Of a stretch of DNA of 58,690 bases, positions 9,612 through 19,253 are shown piece after piece. The position numbers and the translations under genes are program-made. The notes below the pieces were generated by a model that saw only the letters and a list, made by a program, of their open reading frames with translations, was not told the origin of the DNA and did no database searches. Origin of the DNA: Terracidiphilus sp. GTDB taxonomy: Bacteria > Acidobacteriota > Terriglobia > Terriglobales > Acidobacteriaceae. The number at the start of each line of letters is the position of its first letter. Positions within the stretch are counted from its first letter, which is position 1. The stretch lies in the NCBI GenBank assembly GCA_035648535.1, contig DASRLI010000199.1, positions 1 through 58,690 of the forward strand, read 5' to 3'.

Positions 9612-9959
9612 TTACATCTTCATATCGTGGTGCGTCTCGCTGATCGAGGTGACCGTGATTGTGCTGTCCTTAAGGCTCCCCTCGATGTGTACGTGTTTAC
9701 CCGCAAAGGGCGCAATCGTCTGCGGTTTAGCTGCAAGCGTATATACTTTGGCGCCAGCCACGAGCGCGTAGTTGCTTCCACTCTTGATGCATTCCTGAAT
9801 GCATTGTGCATCTGTCTTTCCGGGTAACATGTGCTTCTTTCCGCACATGCTGTCACTGATAACTCCATCAATCGATTGGGAGGCGGCATGAAGCTGCTGG
9901 ATTGCAGGGATCATGATGGCGGATGTTAGAGCGAGGACAAGGAATGGCGTCTTTCTCAT
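9612..9959 (-). CDS. Small exported Cys/His/Met protein, putative periplasmic metal chaperone
   Basis: GGAG RBS, signal peptide, GVISDSMCGKKHM...CIQECIK, C-terminal HHDMKM; last gene of the cus-type operon. Confidence 0.75.
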   Translation of the reverse strand: MRKTPFLVLALTSAIMIPAIQQLHAASQSIDGVISDSMCGKKHMLPGKTDAQCIQECIKSGSNYALVAGAKVYTLAAKPQTIAPFAGKHVHIEGSLKDSTITVTSISETHHDMKM

Positions 9960-10048
9960 TGTTTTCTCCGTTGGATGAAGTATGAACAACCTTGCGAAAA
10001 ATGTGGAATTCTAAACTGCTCTGTGATGGCGTGCGAATCACGAGGTCC

Positions 10049-10600
10049 TCATTGAGGAATCTTTGCCGCCTCTGCGGAAACGTCACGGGCCGAAACCGAT
10101 AGTTCGCTGTCTGTTGCCGAATGGGGAATCTCGACAAGAGCGCAATGGTTCGGCACGGGTTTGCGACCTTTGAATTCAAAAATCATTGCCGTTTGGCACT
10201 GACCGCAGATCATCTCACCATTCTTCGCATAGTGGGAACTACGTTTGCGGTAGGAGCCTTCGCAGCTTGCAAGCGCAACATGAACGATTTTGTCTGGGGT
10301 ACGCTGGACAATGAACTTTACCTGTTGCCCCGAAACTCGAGCCTCGAAGAGATGCAATTGCCCTGGATTTAACTTGGCTGGGTCCAAGTGAAGATTCTGT
10401 CATTCGCTAAGTGCGACCAATGGAATGTCGCTTTTCTTTGGTGCCTCTACCCGATACTCCCAGCAGAGGACGAAGGCGCCGAAGAACAGAAGAGCTGCAC
10501 ACAGAACCCAAGCGGGCCAGAACACATACCAGTCGCTATTTCTGCCCGATCCTGAGGGTTTGTTGCCGATTTGGTGATTGCTCATATCGGTAGGCCTCAA
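10049..10600 (-). pseudogene. DUF2318-like Cys-rich membrane-anchored protein interrupted by an in-frame TGA (10400-10402)
   Basis: ORFs 10400..10600 (TM helix) and 10049..10387 (ALASCEGSY...MICGQC...NHC) are in the same frame and read ...VALSE*QNLHLDPAKL... Confidence 0.65.
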
Positions 10601-11427
10601 TGGTTACTAACGGCAAATACAGTGATTGCACTTACTGCACGGTGGTTCTCTACGAGAGTCGAAGACCGTCCGATGGACAGGGCTGCGATCAGAACGCGAG
10701 GAACATACTTTCTTGTCTCGAGCGGCAGTACCCGCAGGCTGGCCAGTTGATCGAAATCCTGTGTATGCGCCTTCATGATTGCGGAACTGACGTTGGCTTC
10801 TCCCGTGTTGTAGGCAGCAAGTGCGAGTTTCCAATCACCGAACTGGCCATAGAGGTCGCGGAGATATCGGGCCGCGGCGTCGGTTGCCCGGAAGAGATCA
10901 AGGCGATCGTCCTGAATGCCGTCGACTCGCAACCCGTAACGGCGGGCTGTATCCGGCATCAATTGCCAGAGTCCGCGTGCACCTTTGGGCGAAAGTGCAT
11001 CAGCGCGCCCACTGCTTTCGACAAGGATGACTGCAGCTAGGTCCGCAGGAACGCCGCGATTCATCAGAATCGGCTCAACTATGGGGCGCAAAAAGTTCAA
11101 GCGCATTGCTGCTGCATTCGGGCCACTCTCGCTCCAGGGTTGTGGTCGAAGATCATCATGCCGGGCATAGCTCAAAGCTGGGAAGGTCTCGATCTTGGTC
11201 GTGCCCGTAACAGGATGAATGGTCTGTGCTGGTGGGAGGAGAAGAGAATCAGCAGCTTTCGCAAGGGAGTCGTCGATTCCGGCGAAGGGTTGAGCTGCGC
11301 TTGAAGGCGCTTGTTGAGAGGGTGAGCCCTCCTGGCTCGAGAGATAAAAAGGGACGGCACAAAGCGCAATTCCAACGAGGCCAACCCGCCAAAGTTGGCT
11401 GACTCTTGAAATCATCTGGTTAAGCAT
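10597..11427 (-). CDS. Lytic transglycosylase (SLT domain)
   Basis: LVESSG, SPKGARGLWQLMPDTARRYGL, LALAAYNTGE, ETRKYV; N-terminal hydrophobic segment; overlaps the cusA stop. Confidence 0.92.
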   Translation of the reverse strand: MLNQMISRVSQLWRVGLVGIALCAVPFYLSSQEGSPSQQAPSSAAQPFAGIDDSLAKAADSLLLPPAQTIHPVTGTTKIETFPALSYARHDDLRPQPWSESGPNAAAMRLNFLRPIVEPILMNRGVPADLAAVILVESSGRADALSPKGARGLWQLMPDTARRYGLRVDGIQDDRLDLFRATDAAARYLRDLYGQFGDWKLALAAYNTGEANVSSAIMKAHTQDFDQLASLRVLPLETRKYVPRVLIAALSIGRSSTLVENHRAVSAITVFAVSNH

Positions 11428-14400
11428 TGAGCGCCTCTACGGGCTGGGCAGCTTCACGCTTGAGTGCTGGCTTGACTTCCCAGTTCCACTTCCAGATCGC
11501 AAAGATCGGCGGGTAGACCACCAGTTCCATGAGGAACGACGTGATAATGCCGCCGAGCATGGGCGCGGCTATGCGCTTCATGACATCCGCTCCAGAGCCC
11601 ACCGACCACATGATAGGAAGCAGCCCGAAGAGCATGCACGAGACGGTCATGACCTTGGGCCGCAGCCGCTTCACCGCGCCGTGAACGATTGCTTCGCGCA
11701 AATCGTCCCACGAGTGAATACCTCCCGTGTTGAATGCGTCGTGGTAGGCCAGATCGAGATAGAGAAGCATGAAGACGGCGGTCTCGGCATCGACGCCGAG
11801 CAACGCGATAAGCCCAACCCACACTGCGATGCTCATGTTGTAATGCAGCAGATAGAGGAACCAGATTGCTCCAATAGCGGAGAAGGGTACGGCGAGCAGA
11901 ATAATCATGGTCTTGATCGCCGAGCCGGTATTGAAGTAAAGCAAGAGGAAGACGATAAAGAGCGTGATGGGAACAACCAACTTCAATCGCTGTGCAACGC
12001 GCTCCATGAACTCATATTGGCCGCTCCACACAAGCTCGTAGCCTGCCGGAACCTTTACCTTATCTGCAACTGCCATTTTAGCGTCGCGCACGTAGCTGCC
12101 GATGTCGCGTCCGGAGACGTCGACGTACACATAACCACTGAGCCTGCCGTTTTCATCTCTAATCATTCCCGGCCCGGTCCTCATGCGGATATCCGCAATC
12201 TGACCAAGTGGGATCTGGGCGCCTGAGGGCGTTGCGACCAACACTCTTTGCAACGCATCGACATCACTGCGGTAATCGCGCAGATAGCGAACGTTGACCG
12301 AATACCGCTCACGGCCCTCGACTGTCGTCGAGACCTGGTCACCGCCAACTGCGGACATCAGGACGCTCTCGGCGTCATCGATCGTCAAGCCGTAGCGGGC
12401 CAATTCATCACGCTTCAAATCGAAGTCGAGGAAATATCCTCCACTGGTACGTTCCGCAAACACGCTCGTGGTCCCTGGCACATCTTTCAGCGCCATCTCA
12501 ATCTGCGCACCGACCTGCTGAATCTGCCCTAGGTCGGAGCCGAGCACCTTGATGCCGAGCGGCGTGCGAATACCAGTCGTAAGCATGTCGGTACGAGCTT
12601 TGATGGGCATGGTCCAGGCGTTCGAAATTCCAGGTATCTGGAGAGCCTCATTCAACCCGCCGGGGCCATAGATGAGCTGCTGAGTTGAAACATGATCGGG
12701 CCAGAATCTTCCTAGCAATGGCCGTAGCCACTTTGGCGATCTCTTCGAGTACCAGCGATCAACCTTGGGCCACTGATCCTCTGGCTTGAGCACGATGGTT
12801 GTTTCCATCATTGAATACGGCGCTGGATCGGTCGAACTCTCCGCCCGGCCAGCCTTGCCAAAGACGCGTTCGACTTCCGGGAAGGCGCGGATAATCTTGT
12901 CCTGGGTTTCGAGTACGCGCTCGGCCTCGGTAACGGAAATGCCGGGTAGCGTTGATGGCATGTAGAGAAGCGTGCCCTCATCAAGCGGCGGCATGAACTC
13001 CGACCCGAGTTTGAAGTAGACCGGCGCGCTCAGGGCCATAATCAAAAGGGCGAATCCGATGGTCATCCATTTATGATCGAGAACAAACTCGACCACCGGA
13101 TGATAGACCTTCATCATTGGTTTGCTGATGGGGTGGTTTTCCTCGCTATGGATCTTGCCAACGAAAATCGCGTTGACTGTTTTTGCAAGCCAGGTGGGGC
13201 GGAACGTGAAGCCGTCCATACGCGAAAACAGGAAGCGCATCGCTGCAGGGGCCAGTGTAATCGCGAGCAATGCCGCAATCGCCATTGAGAAATTCTTGGT
13301 GAATGCAAGCGGTTTGAAGAGACGGCCTTCCTGGCCTTCTAGCGTGAAGACAGGAAGGAAGCCGACTGCGATGACCAGCAAGGCAAAGAAACTCGGTCCT
13401 CCCACTTCCTTCACTGCCGCGATGACCACTGCATGAGAAGGGCCCGGCCGGCCTTCCGCCTCCCAGTGTTCGAGCTTCTTGTGGGTTTGCTCGACCATAA
13501 CGACGGATGCATCAACCAGAGCGCCAATGGCTACCGCAAGGCCGCCAAGCGACATAATGTTTGCGGTCATACCCATCGCTTGCATCGGGATGAAGGCCAG
13601 TATCACGGTGACGGGGATGGTGATGATTGGAACAATCGCACTGCGCAGATCCCACAGAAAGATCATGATCACAATGCTGACAATGATGAGTTCTTCAATC
13701 AACGTATGGCGGAGGTTGTCGACCGCGCGGTCGATCAGCTCAGAACGATCATACGTCGTCACCAGTTTGACGCCGGGAGGAAGCGTCGACTTCAGTTCGT
13801 TCAGCTTCTCCTTGGTATTCTCAATCACCTTTTGGGCGTTCTCACCGTAGCGCATGATGACCACGCCGCCGACAACTTCTCCCTTGCCGTCGAGCTCTCC
13901 GACCCCTCTGCGCATATCGGGGCCGAATGTTACGGTGGCAACGTCACGGACTAGAACAGGAGTTCCCGTCTGTGAGTTGACCATGATGACGGTCTTGCCG
14001 ATGTCTTCGAGGGAGCGAATATATCCGCGGCCGCGCACCATGTATTCGCGGCCTGTGAACTCGACCAATCGCCCGCCTACGTCATTGTTGGACTTCCCGA
14101 TCGCATCGCTCACGACATTGATGGGGATTTTGTAGGCGAGCAATTTGTTGGGATCGACATTGACTTGATACTGCCGAACGAATCCGCCAATGGGAGCCAC
14201 CTCAGCAACGCCGGGCACGGTCTGCAACGCATAGCGCAGGTACCAATCCTGATAGGAACGCAGTTGGTCGATGCTGTACTTCCCCGTCGTATCGACCAGG
14301 GCATACTGATAGACCCAGCCAACCGAGGTCACGTCCTTCGCCAGTTCAACGCTCACTCCCTTTGGAAGCTTTGGCGTTACTGAGTTCAAGTACTCCAGGG

Positions 14401-14725
14401 TTCGCGAGCGCGCCCAGTAAATGTCGGTGCCTTCGTCGAAGATGATGTAGATGTAGGAGAAGCCAAAGTCGGAAAAGGCGCGGATGTCCTTGACCTTTGG
14501 CAGCCCAAGCAAAGCAGACGCGATTGGATACGAGACCTGATCTTCCATGATGTCTGGGCTACGGTCCCACTTGGCGTACACGATCACCTGGGTATCCGAG
14601 AGATCCGGAATCGCATCAAGCTTCGTATTCCTCATCGCGTTCCATCCCAGGCCGATGGCAACTGCAACGAAGAGGAAGATCAGAAACCTGTTCTTGTCGC
14701 TGAAATCAATGATCCGATTCATCAT
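11420..14725 (-). CDS. cusA: CusA/CzcA family heavy-metal efflux RND permease (Cu/Ag type)
   Basis: LDAIPDLSDTQVIV, NIMSLGG, GSEFMPPLDEG, FGKAGRAESSTDPAPYSMMET, RLRPKVMT, MKRIAAPMLGG. Confidence 0.93.
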   Translation of the reverse strand: MMNRIIDFSDKNRFLIFLFVAVAIGLGWNAMRNTKLDAIPDLSDTQVIVYAKWDRSPDIMEDQVSYPIASALLGLPKVKDIRAFSDFGFSYIYIIFDEGTDIYWARSRTLEYLNSVTPKLPKGVSVELAKDVTSVGWVYQYALVDTTGKYSIDQLRSYQDWYLRYALQTVPGVAEVAPIGGFVRQYQVNVDPNKLLAYKIPINVVSDAIGKSNNDVGGRLVEFTGREYMVRGRGYIRSLEDIGKTVIMVNSQTGTPVLVRDVATVTFGPDMRRGVGELDGKGEVVGGVVIMRYGENAQKVIENTKEKLNELKSTLPPGVKLVTTYDRSELIDRAVDNLRHTLIEELIIVSIVIMIFLWDLRSAIVPIITIPVTVILAFIPMQAMGMTANIMSLGGLAVAIGALVDASVVMVEQTHKKLEHWEAEGRPGPSHAVVIAAVKEVGGPSFFALLVIAVGFLPVFTLEGQEGRLFKPLAFTKNFSMAIAALLAITLAPAAMRFLFSRMDGFTFRPTWLAKTVNAIFVGKIHSEENHPISKPMMKVYHPVVEFVLDHKWMTIGFALLIMALSAPVYFKLGSEFMPPLDEGTLLYMPSTLPGISVTEAERVLETQDKIIRAFPEVERVFGKAGRAESSTDPAPYSMMETTIVLKPEDQWPKVDRWYSKRSPKWLRPLLGRFWPDHVSTQQLIYGPGGLNEALQIPGISNAWTMPIKARTDMLTTGIRTPLGIKVLGSDLGQIQQVGAQIEMALKDVPGTTSVFAERTSGGYFLDFDLKRDELARYGLTIDDAESVLMSAVGGDQVSTTVEGRERYSVNVRYLRDYRSDVDALQRVLVATPSGAQIPLGQIADIRMRTGPGMIRDENGRLSGYVYVDVSGRDIGSYVRDAKMAVADKVKVPAGYELVWSGQYEFMERVAQRLKLVVPITLFIVFLLLYFNTGSAIKTMIILLAVPFSAIGAIWFLYLLHYNMSIAVWVGLIALLGVDAETAVFMLLYLDLAYHDAFNTGGIHSWDDLREAIVHGAVKRLRPKVMTVSCMLFGLLPIMWSVGSGADVMKRIAAPMLGGIITSFLMELVVYPPIFAIWKWNWEVKPALKREAAQPVEALNA

Positions 14726-15231
14726 TGGAATTTGGCCTCGCTCATCAATTGTTCAAACGAGATGACGGCGCCGCCGTTGGCTGCGGTAAAGTCCGCGGCC
14801 TCTTGTTTGGTCGCAAACGTCAGGGTCCCTGGCGAACACCGGTCGTATGCCATCTCCTGGGTATCCTTCATTTCGTCCATATGCATAGCGCCGTGATCGC
14901 ATGCTAAGACGCGGCTGCCTTCGACATACCATGCCTTATCAGGCGACATTGCCTTACCTGTGCTGTAGTCGTGGACCGTGATCAGGCGAACCGGCTTGTG
15001 CTCCTGGTTGGCTTCGGTAATAGCACAGCGCGGACAGCAGACTTCTGCCCTCTTCCCATCTATCTCCGCTGTAACCTTCACATTCGCGTGCAGCGGACGC
15101 AGGCAGTAGCCGCAGGCAACAGGAGCCGGGTGTGCCACAACTTTGAACCAGCCAATGACCGCAGCACCAGCCAGAATGAGAAAAGCAGCTGTAATGACGA
15201 TGCGTCGAGTGTTCATAGCCATCCTCCTCAA
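14722..15231 (-). CDS. Membrane-anchored Cys-rich NosL-like putative copper chaperone
   Basis: TM anchor; CGYC, CCPRC, VHDYSTGK...AWYVEGS, HGAMHMDEM, F.TKQEAADF...NGG resembling the NosL/ApbE-like fold; start 15231 or 15216. Confidence 0.6.
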   Translation of the reverse strand: MRRMAMNTRRIVITAAFLILAGAAVIGWFKVVAHPAPVACGYCLRPLHANVKVTAEIDGKRAEVCCPRCAITEANQEHKPVRLITVHDYSTGKAMSPDKAWYVEGSRVLACDHGAMHMDEMKDTQEMAYDRCSPGTLTFATKQEAADFTAANGGAVISFEQLMSEAKFQ

Positions 15232-16691
15232 TGCGACATTCCGCTCATTGCATTCTTGAGTCCGCTTTCAGAATCGATCAGGAAGTTTCCGGAGACGACG
15301 ATCGTCTCCCCAGCCTTCAGTCCCGTGAGGATCACAGCATTGCCATCTACCACTGGCCCAATGGTGACCGGTCGAGGTTCAAAGATTCCTCCCTCATGAA
15401 CCACGAAAACATGCTGTTCCATCCCCGAGTTGAGAACTGCCTCCTGGGGAACGAGGATCTTTGTGCCGTAGTCCACATGCAACTGTGCGTCGGCGAACAT
15501 CTGCGGCTTTAATACAAAGCCAGGGTTGGGAATCTGCACACGAACTTTGACTGTTCGCGTCTGCGGATCAACGGTTGGATAAATATAGGAAATATTTCCC
15601 GCGTACGTCTTGCCTGGGTAGTAGCTCAGGGTAAGAGAAACCCGCTGGCCAAGATGAACGAACGGGACCTCATACTCATAGATGTCCACGTCAGCCCACA
15701 CGGTAGACAAATCCGAAACAGTGTAGAGCTCCGTATCCGGCGTAACCGAAGTTTGCGGGAAGACCTTGCGATCGGTCACGAAGCCCGTGATGGGTGAATA
15801 GAAGGTGAGATCTTTCCTGACATTGCCGGTCTCATCGAGTTCTTTAATCTGTTCATCCGATATGTCCCACAACTTGAGGCGCTGTCTGGCGGATTGCAAG
15901 AGCGATTGCGATCCCTGGGATATCTCTTTAAAAGGCGCATTGGCGAGCGTGGCATTCCCGCGCTTTGCTATCAAATATTCTTCCTGTGTCGAGACCAGGT
16001 CGGGGCTGTAGAGAGTAAAGAGCGGCTGACCTTTCTTGACGAGTTGCCCAACGAAATCGACATACACCTGGTTGATATAGCCTGCGACCTTCACATGGAC
16101 ATGAGCGATTCTTGTTTCGTCCGCAACGATTTGCGCGGTAGTGCGAATGTCGCGGACCAGTGATTTGCGCTCGACAACTGCCGTACGGACTCCTGCGAGC
16201 ACTTGCTTGTCCTGCGGTATGGTCACTGTGCCCACGGGCATTTTGGCCATGCTTTCGTCTTCCGCATACTTGGGAACAAGTGTCATCCCGCAGTCGGGAG
16301 CTGTGCCCGGCTTGTCCGATTTATAGGCGGGATGCATCGGGTCGTACCAGTAGAGGATTTTCCGATCACCATTCCTCGGTGACATCCCTGGCATGCTCGC
16401 CATGTCCGAGGCCGACGGGCCGTTCGGCGGCGCTGCGGGCGACGCCGTCTGTTCCGCGTATTGCGGAACAAGGTCCATTCCGTCGGGAGCCTTTCCGGGC
16501 TGATTGTAGTGGTGTTGCGGGCTCATCGCGTCATACCAATAGATTGGCTTTCGCTCGCCAGTTGCACTCTGGGATGCGGCTACATTGCTCCCGCCCTGAC
16601 CGAGCCAATGGTGACTCGCGATCGCGAAGACAATTCCAAGCGTCAACGCGATCAAGATGCCGAGGATGATTTTCTTTGGTGAGCGCTTCAT
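15228..16691 (-). CDS. cusB: CusB-type RND periplasmic adaptor with two heavy-metal-binding domains
   Basis: YWYDAMSP..PGKAPDGMDLVP and YWYDPMHP..PGTAPDCGMTLVP; GQLVKKGQPLFTLYSPDL; SGNFLIDSES. Confidence 0.9.
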   Translation of the reverse strand: MKRSPKKIILGILIALTLGIVFAIASHHWLGQGGSNVAASQSATGERKPIYWYDAMSPQHHYNQPGKAPDGMDLVPQYAEQTASPAAPPNGPSASDMASMPGMSPRNGDRKILYWYDPMHPAYKSDKPGTAPDCGMTLVPKYAEDESMAKMPVGTVTIPQDKQVLAGVRTAVVERKSLVRDIRTTAQIVADETRIAHVHVKVAGYINQVYVDFVGQLVKKGQPLFTLYSPDLVSTQEEYLIAKRGNATLANAPFKEISQGSQSLLQSARQRLKLWDISDEQIKELDETGNVRKDLTFYSPITGFVTDRKVFPQTSVTPDTELYTVSDLSTVWADVDIYEYEVPFVHLGQRVSLTLSYYPGKTYAGNISYIYPTVDPQTRTVKVRVQIPNPGFVLKPQMFADAQLHVDYGTKILVPQEAVLNSGMEQHVFVVHEGGIFEPRPVTIGPVVDGNAVILTGLKAGETIVVSGNFLIDSESGLKNAMSGMSH

Positions 16692-16810
16692 AGTTCGATA
16701 CTCCTCTGTGCCCTGGGAAGAAGGCTGTTGATGCCAGCCGCCACCTTTCTGCCAGGCTTTGAATCCTGAATCAGGAAAGAGAATGGGGCATTGATTCTGT
16801 GAAGGAACAT
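16688..16810 (-). CDS. 40-aa micro-ORF bridging tolC and cusB (MFLHRINAPF...AQRSIEL)
   Basis: ATG directly after the tolC TAA, GGAGG upstream; its TGA overlaps the cusB ATG (ATGA); below the ORF-track length cutoff. Confidence 0.4.
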   Translation of the reverse strand: MFLHRINAPFSFLIQDSKPGRKVAAGINSLLPRAQRSIEL

Positions 16811-18193
16811 TTATTTCGCCTCCATTGCTGGCTCGGAATGGGATGCCGGAGTTGCGGACACCGACGGGCCAGTCACATCGGCTCCAGTCAAAACCTCAAT
16901 CCGAGCCAGGGCGGTCTGGTAGTCAGCAAGCTGCCGGTAGTAGTCCGTCTCGTAGTCCAGAAGCGTTGTGAAGTTGGCAATCAACGAAGTGAAATCAAGG
17001 TTGCCGACCTGGTAGGAGGCCATCGAAGATTCAAGAGCGAGCGACGATTGAGGAACTACGCCCTTGGAATAGAGAGTCAGCAGCCGGTCCGACGCCTTGG
17101 CGCTAAGGTACTGCTGTTTCAGTTCAAACTTGACTTCGTTCAAGCGGTTGTCGCGCATCTTCTCGGCGCTGATCAGGTCTTCACTTGCCTCGGCCACGCC
17201 CTGGCGCTGTTTGCTCTTATAGAAGACGGGAATGTTCACGCTGACAGTCACGCCATTCATATCCGGCAGGGCGGAACGCTGCTGGTACATGTAGCTCAAG
17301 CCGATGTCGGGCCGGTACTCCCGCTGCGCCAACGCGACCCCAAGGCGGCTTCGTTCCACCATTGAGTTGTTTCGGAGAACTGCAGTGTCGTTGCCCGCTG
17401 CAAGTGCATACAACTCATCGAGAGAGTAGCGGATGGCCGCAGGCTCAACATCGGCTGCAGGAGGCAAACTAGATTCCGGTGGGCGAACCATGAATACGTT
17501 GAGCCTTGCCTGAGCTGTCGCCCGCTGCTGTTCGAGCATTGTGAGCTTCTCAATCAACCTGGAAATCTCCACTTGAGACCGAAGCACATCTGCCTGCATC
17601 GCCTTCCCAACCCGATAACGTGCATCTGCGATCTTCGATAGCTTCTCCAGAAGTTCCTTATTCCGCTCTGTGGTCTGGATGGCCCGGTCGAAGTAGAAGT
17701 AGTCGAAATAGGCAGCTTTGACATCGGCGGTCACTCGGCGCCGAATGGTTTCATAATCGGCCTGCGCTGCGTCTGCCTCCTTGCTTGCGATTTCGCCACG
17801 CAGCTTCAATTTGCCCGGAGAAGGGAATTGCTCAGAGACTGTCACGCCACGGTAGCTTGAATTGTCACCTTGCATCACACTGAATGGAGCAGGATTTCCG
17901 GCCCAACCTACCGAGACCATTGGATCTGGCAGCGCCTTCTGCTGCGGTACGCGCCGTTTCAACCCATTGACTGCGTGGAGGGCGCTTTGGGCCTCCGGAT
18001 TCTTATTTAGAGTCTCTTGAACGACGTCTTCGAGCACGAGCGTTGGCTGGCCGATCGATTGACTGACTGGAGAGGTAGGCGAAGCGAGAGCTGGGACTTG
18101 AACCGTATTAACCTCCTGGGCCAAAAGACCGCACGGGAGTAGTACGAGCCATCCTAGCCAAAAGCTGCTTCGACGTTGAGGAAATCTATTCAT
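16811..18193 (-). CDS. TolC/CusC family outer-membrane efflux protein
   Basis: Signal peptide; ALPDPMVS, EQFPSPGKLKLRG, ARYRVGK..QADVLRSQ, YQVG; start set at ATG 18193. Confidence 0.88.
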   Translation of the reverse strand: MNRFPQRRSSFWLGWLVLLPCGLLAQEVNTVQVPALASPTSPVSQSIGQPTLVLEDVVQETLNKNPEAQSALHAVNGLKRRVPQQKALPDPMVSVGWAGNPAPFSVMQGDNSSYRGVTVSEQFPSPGKLKLRGEIASKEADAAQADYETIRRRVTADVKAAYFDYFYFDRAIQTTERNKELLEKLSKIADARYRVGKAMQADVLRSQVEISRLIEKLTMLEQQRATAQARLNVFMVRPPESSLPPAADVEPAAIRYSLDELYALAAGNDTAVLRNNSMVERSRLGVALAQREYRPDIGLSYMYQQRSALPDMNGVTVSVNIPVFYKSKQRQGVAEASEDLISAEKMRDNRLNEVKFELKQQYLSAKASDRLLTLYSKGVVPQSSLALESSMASYQVGNLDFTSLIANFTTLLDYETDYYRQLADYQTALARIEVLTGADVTGPSVSATPASHSEPAMEAK

Positions 18194-19028
18194 CTCGAAC
18201 TCCCAATTCATTTCTTTCCGCCTTGTGCGGAGATCGAGCCTCCGACCGCTGGCCTTGCTCGGTCGCATTCTGAGCGTCAATTGCATCGACCATGCGATAG
18301 AACAACGATTGCGATAAAGGAGCTTTGAGGTCGAAGGTGTACGTGTCGCGGTATCCGAATACAAGAAGGTGAAAAGGATCCGGGGCGGATAATGTCTGGA
18401 GATCAGCCCAGCGCCAACTGCGGCTGTCCCCCCGAACACCAGTCACGTAATCGATGCCGCTGTCGGATAGCCGAAGAATGCCGTTCGTGCCGCCAGTCAG
18501 AGTCCGATGATGGGCAGGGATTACGACGCCTTGCGATGCTGGATCGGGAACTGCATTTTGCGAAGGCCGTTGAATCTCCCTGGACAACTCGGCTGCACGC
18601 TCAGGCGGAACGGCCTGGTCGAGGTCAAATCTGAATCGCTGCATTCCGGGAAGGTGATGCTCGCGGTTTTCGTATGTTTCGATCGCCAACCTTTGGGGTG
18701 CAAGAAGGAATGTTTGAATTTCCAGAAATGGCCATTTCATGGAGCGTCCATTTTCGAACCGGAATTCCATTCCGTCGCCACCAATGATGAGGGTGCCTTT
18801 CTCCGTCCCCATTAACTTATGCAATCTTGCAGGCGACTCCCACGGCATGATTTTATGTTTAGGGTTCGCAAGGTTCTGATCTTGTGCTTTTTGGGGAACG
18901 GCTTGCGCCGGACAGATCTCTAAACTGGCGGAAAGCACCAGAGCAGGCAACAAGTACCACATCAAACGCTTTCGATTCATAGCAACCCTATCTCCGAAAC
19001 CAGAACTGTCGCGCAGATGAAATTTCAT
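18186..19028 (-). CDS. Exported hypothetical protein with two internal repeats
   Basis: Signal peptide; repeat unit G..G.L.(I/L)...G(M/I).(F/Y)....S..W...(I/L)QT...F.FDL occurs twice; overlaps both neighbours; alternative start 18980. Confidence 0.7.
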   Translation of the reverse strand: MKFHLRDSSGFGDRVAMNRKRLMWYLLPALVLSASLEICPAQAVPQKAQDQNLANPKHKIMPWESPARLHKLMGTEKGTLIIGGDGMEFRFENGRSMKWPFLEIQTFLLAPQRLAIETYENREHHLPGMQRFRFDLDQAVPPERAAELSREIQRPSQNAVPDPASQGVVIPAHHRTLTGGTNGILRLSDSGIDYVTGVRGDSRSWRWADLQTLSAPDPFHLLVFGYRDTYTFDLKAPLSQSLFYRMVDAIDAQNATEQGQRSEARSPHKAERNELGVRDE

Positions 19029-19177
19029 GCGCGATGGCCTGCACGTTTCAAGCGCGCGCTCTCAGGAGGCTGGAACCCACTTGCCTTCTCCGCCCGCGCG
19101 GCCTGATCGTCGGCTTGCGCGAGAATGCCCAAAGCTGACGAGAGCATCTGGATCGGGGTAATCCTTGTATTTTTCAT
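19025..19177 (-). CDS. 50-aa micro-ORF (MKNTRITPIQ...KRAGHRA)
   Basis: AAGGGAG RBS; its TGA overlaps the ATG at 19028 (ATGA coupling). Confidence 0.5.
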   Translation of the reverse strand: MKNTRITPIQMLSSALGILAQADDQAARAEKASGFQPPESARLKRAGHRA

Positions 19178-19253
19178 GATTTACTCCCTTTGTCTCATAA
19201 CAAATACACGCAGCACACCCTTTGGTCTGAACGGTTTTAGACGAGGGAGGAAA

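Noticed and set aside
10400-10402. Selenocysteine codon
   Set aside because: The TGA lies in a linker, not at a Cys-motif position, and I see no clear SECIS hairpin
18194-18439. N-terminal extensions in the ORF track for tolC, ppk2, usp, the kinase sensor and the ABC exporter
   Set aside because: They overlap upstream genes or lack an RBS; downstream starts with signal peptides or RBS fit better
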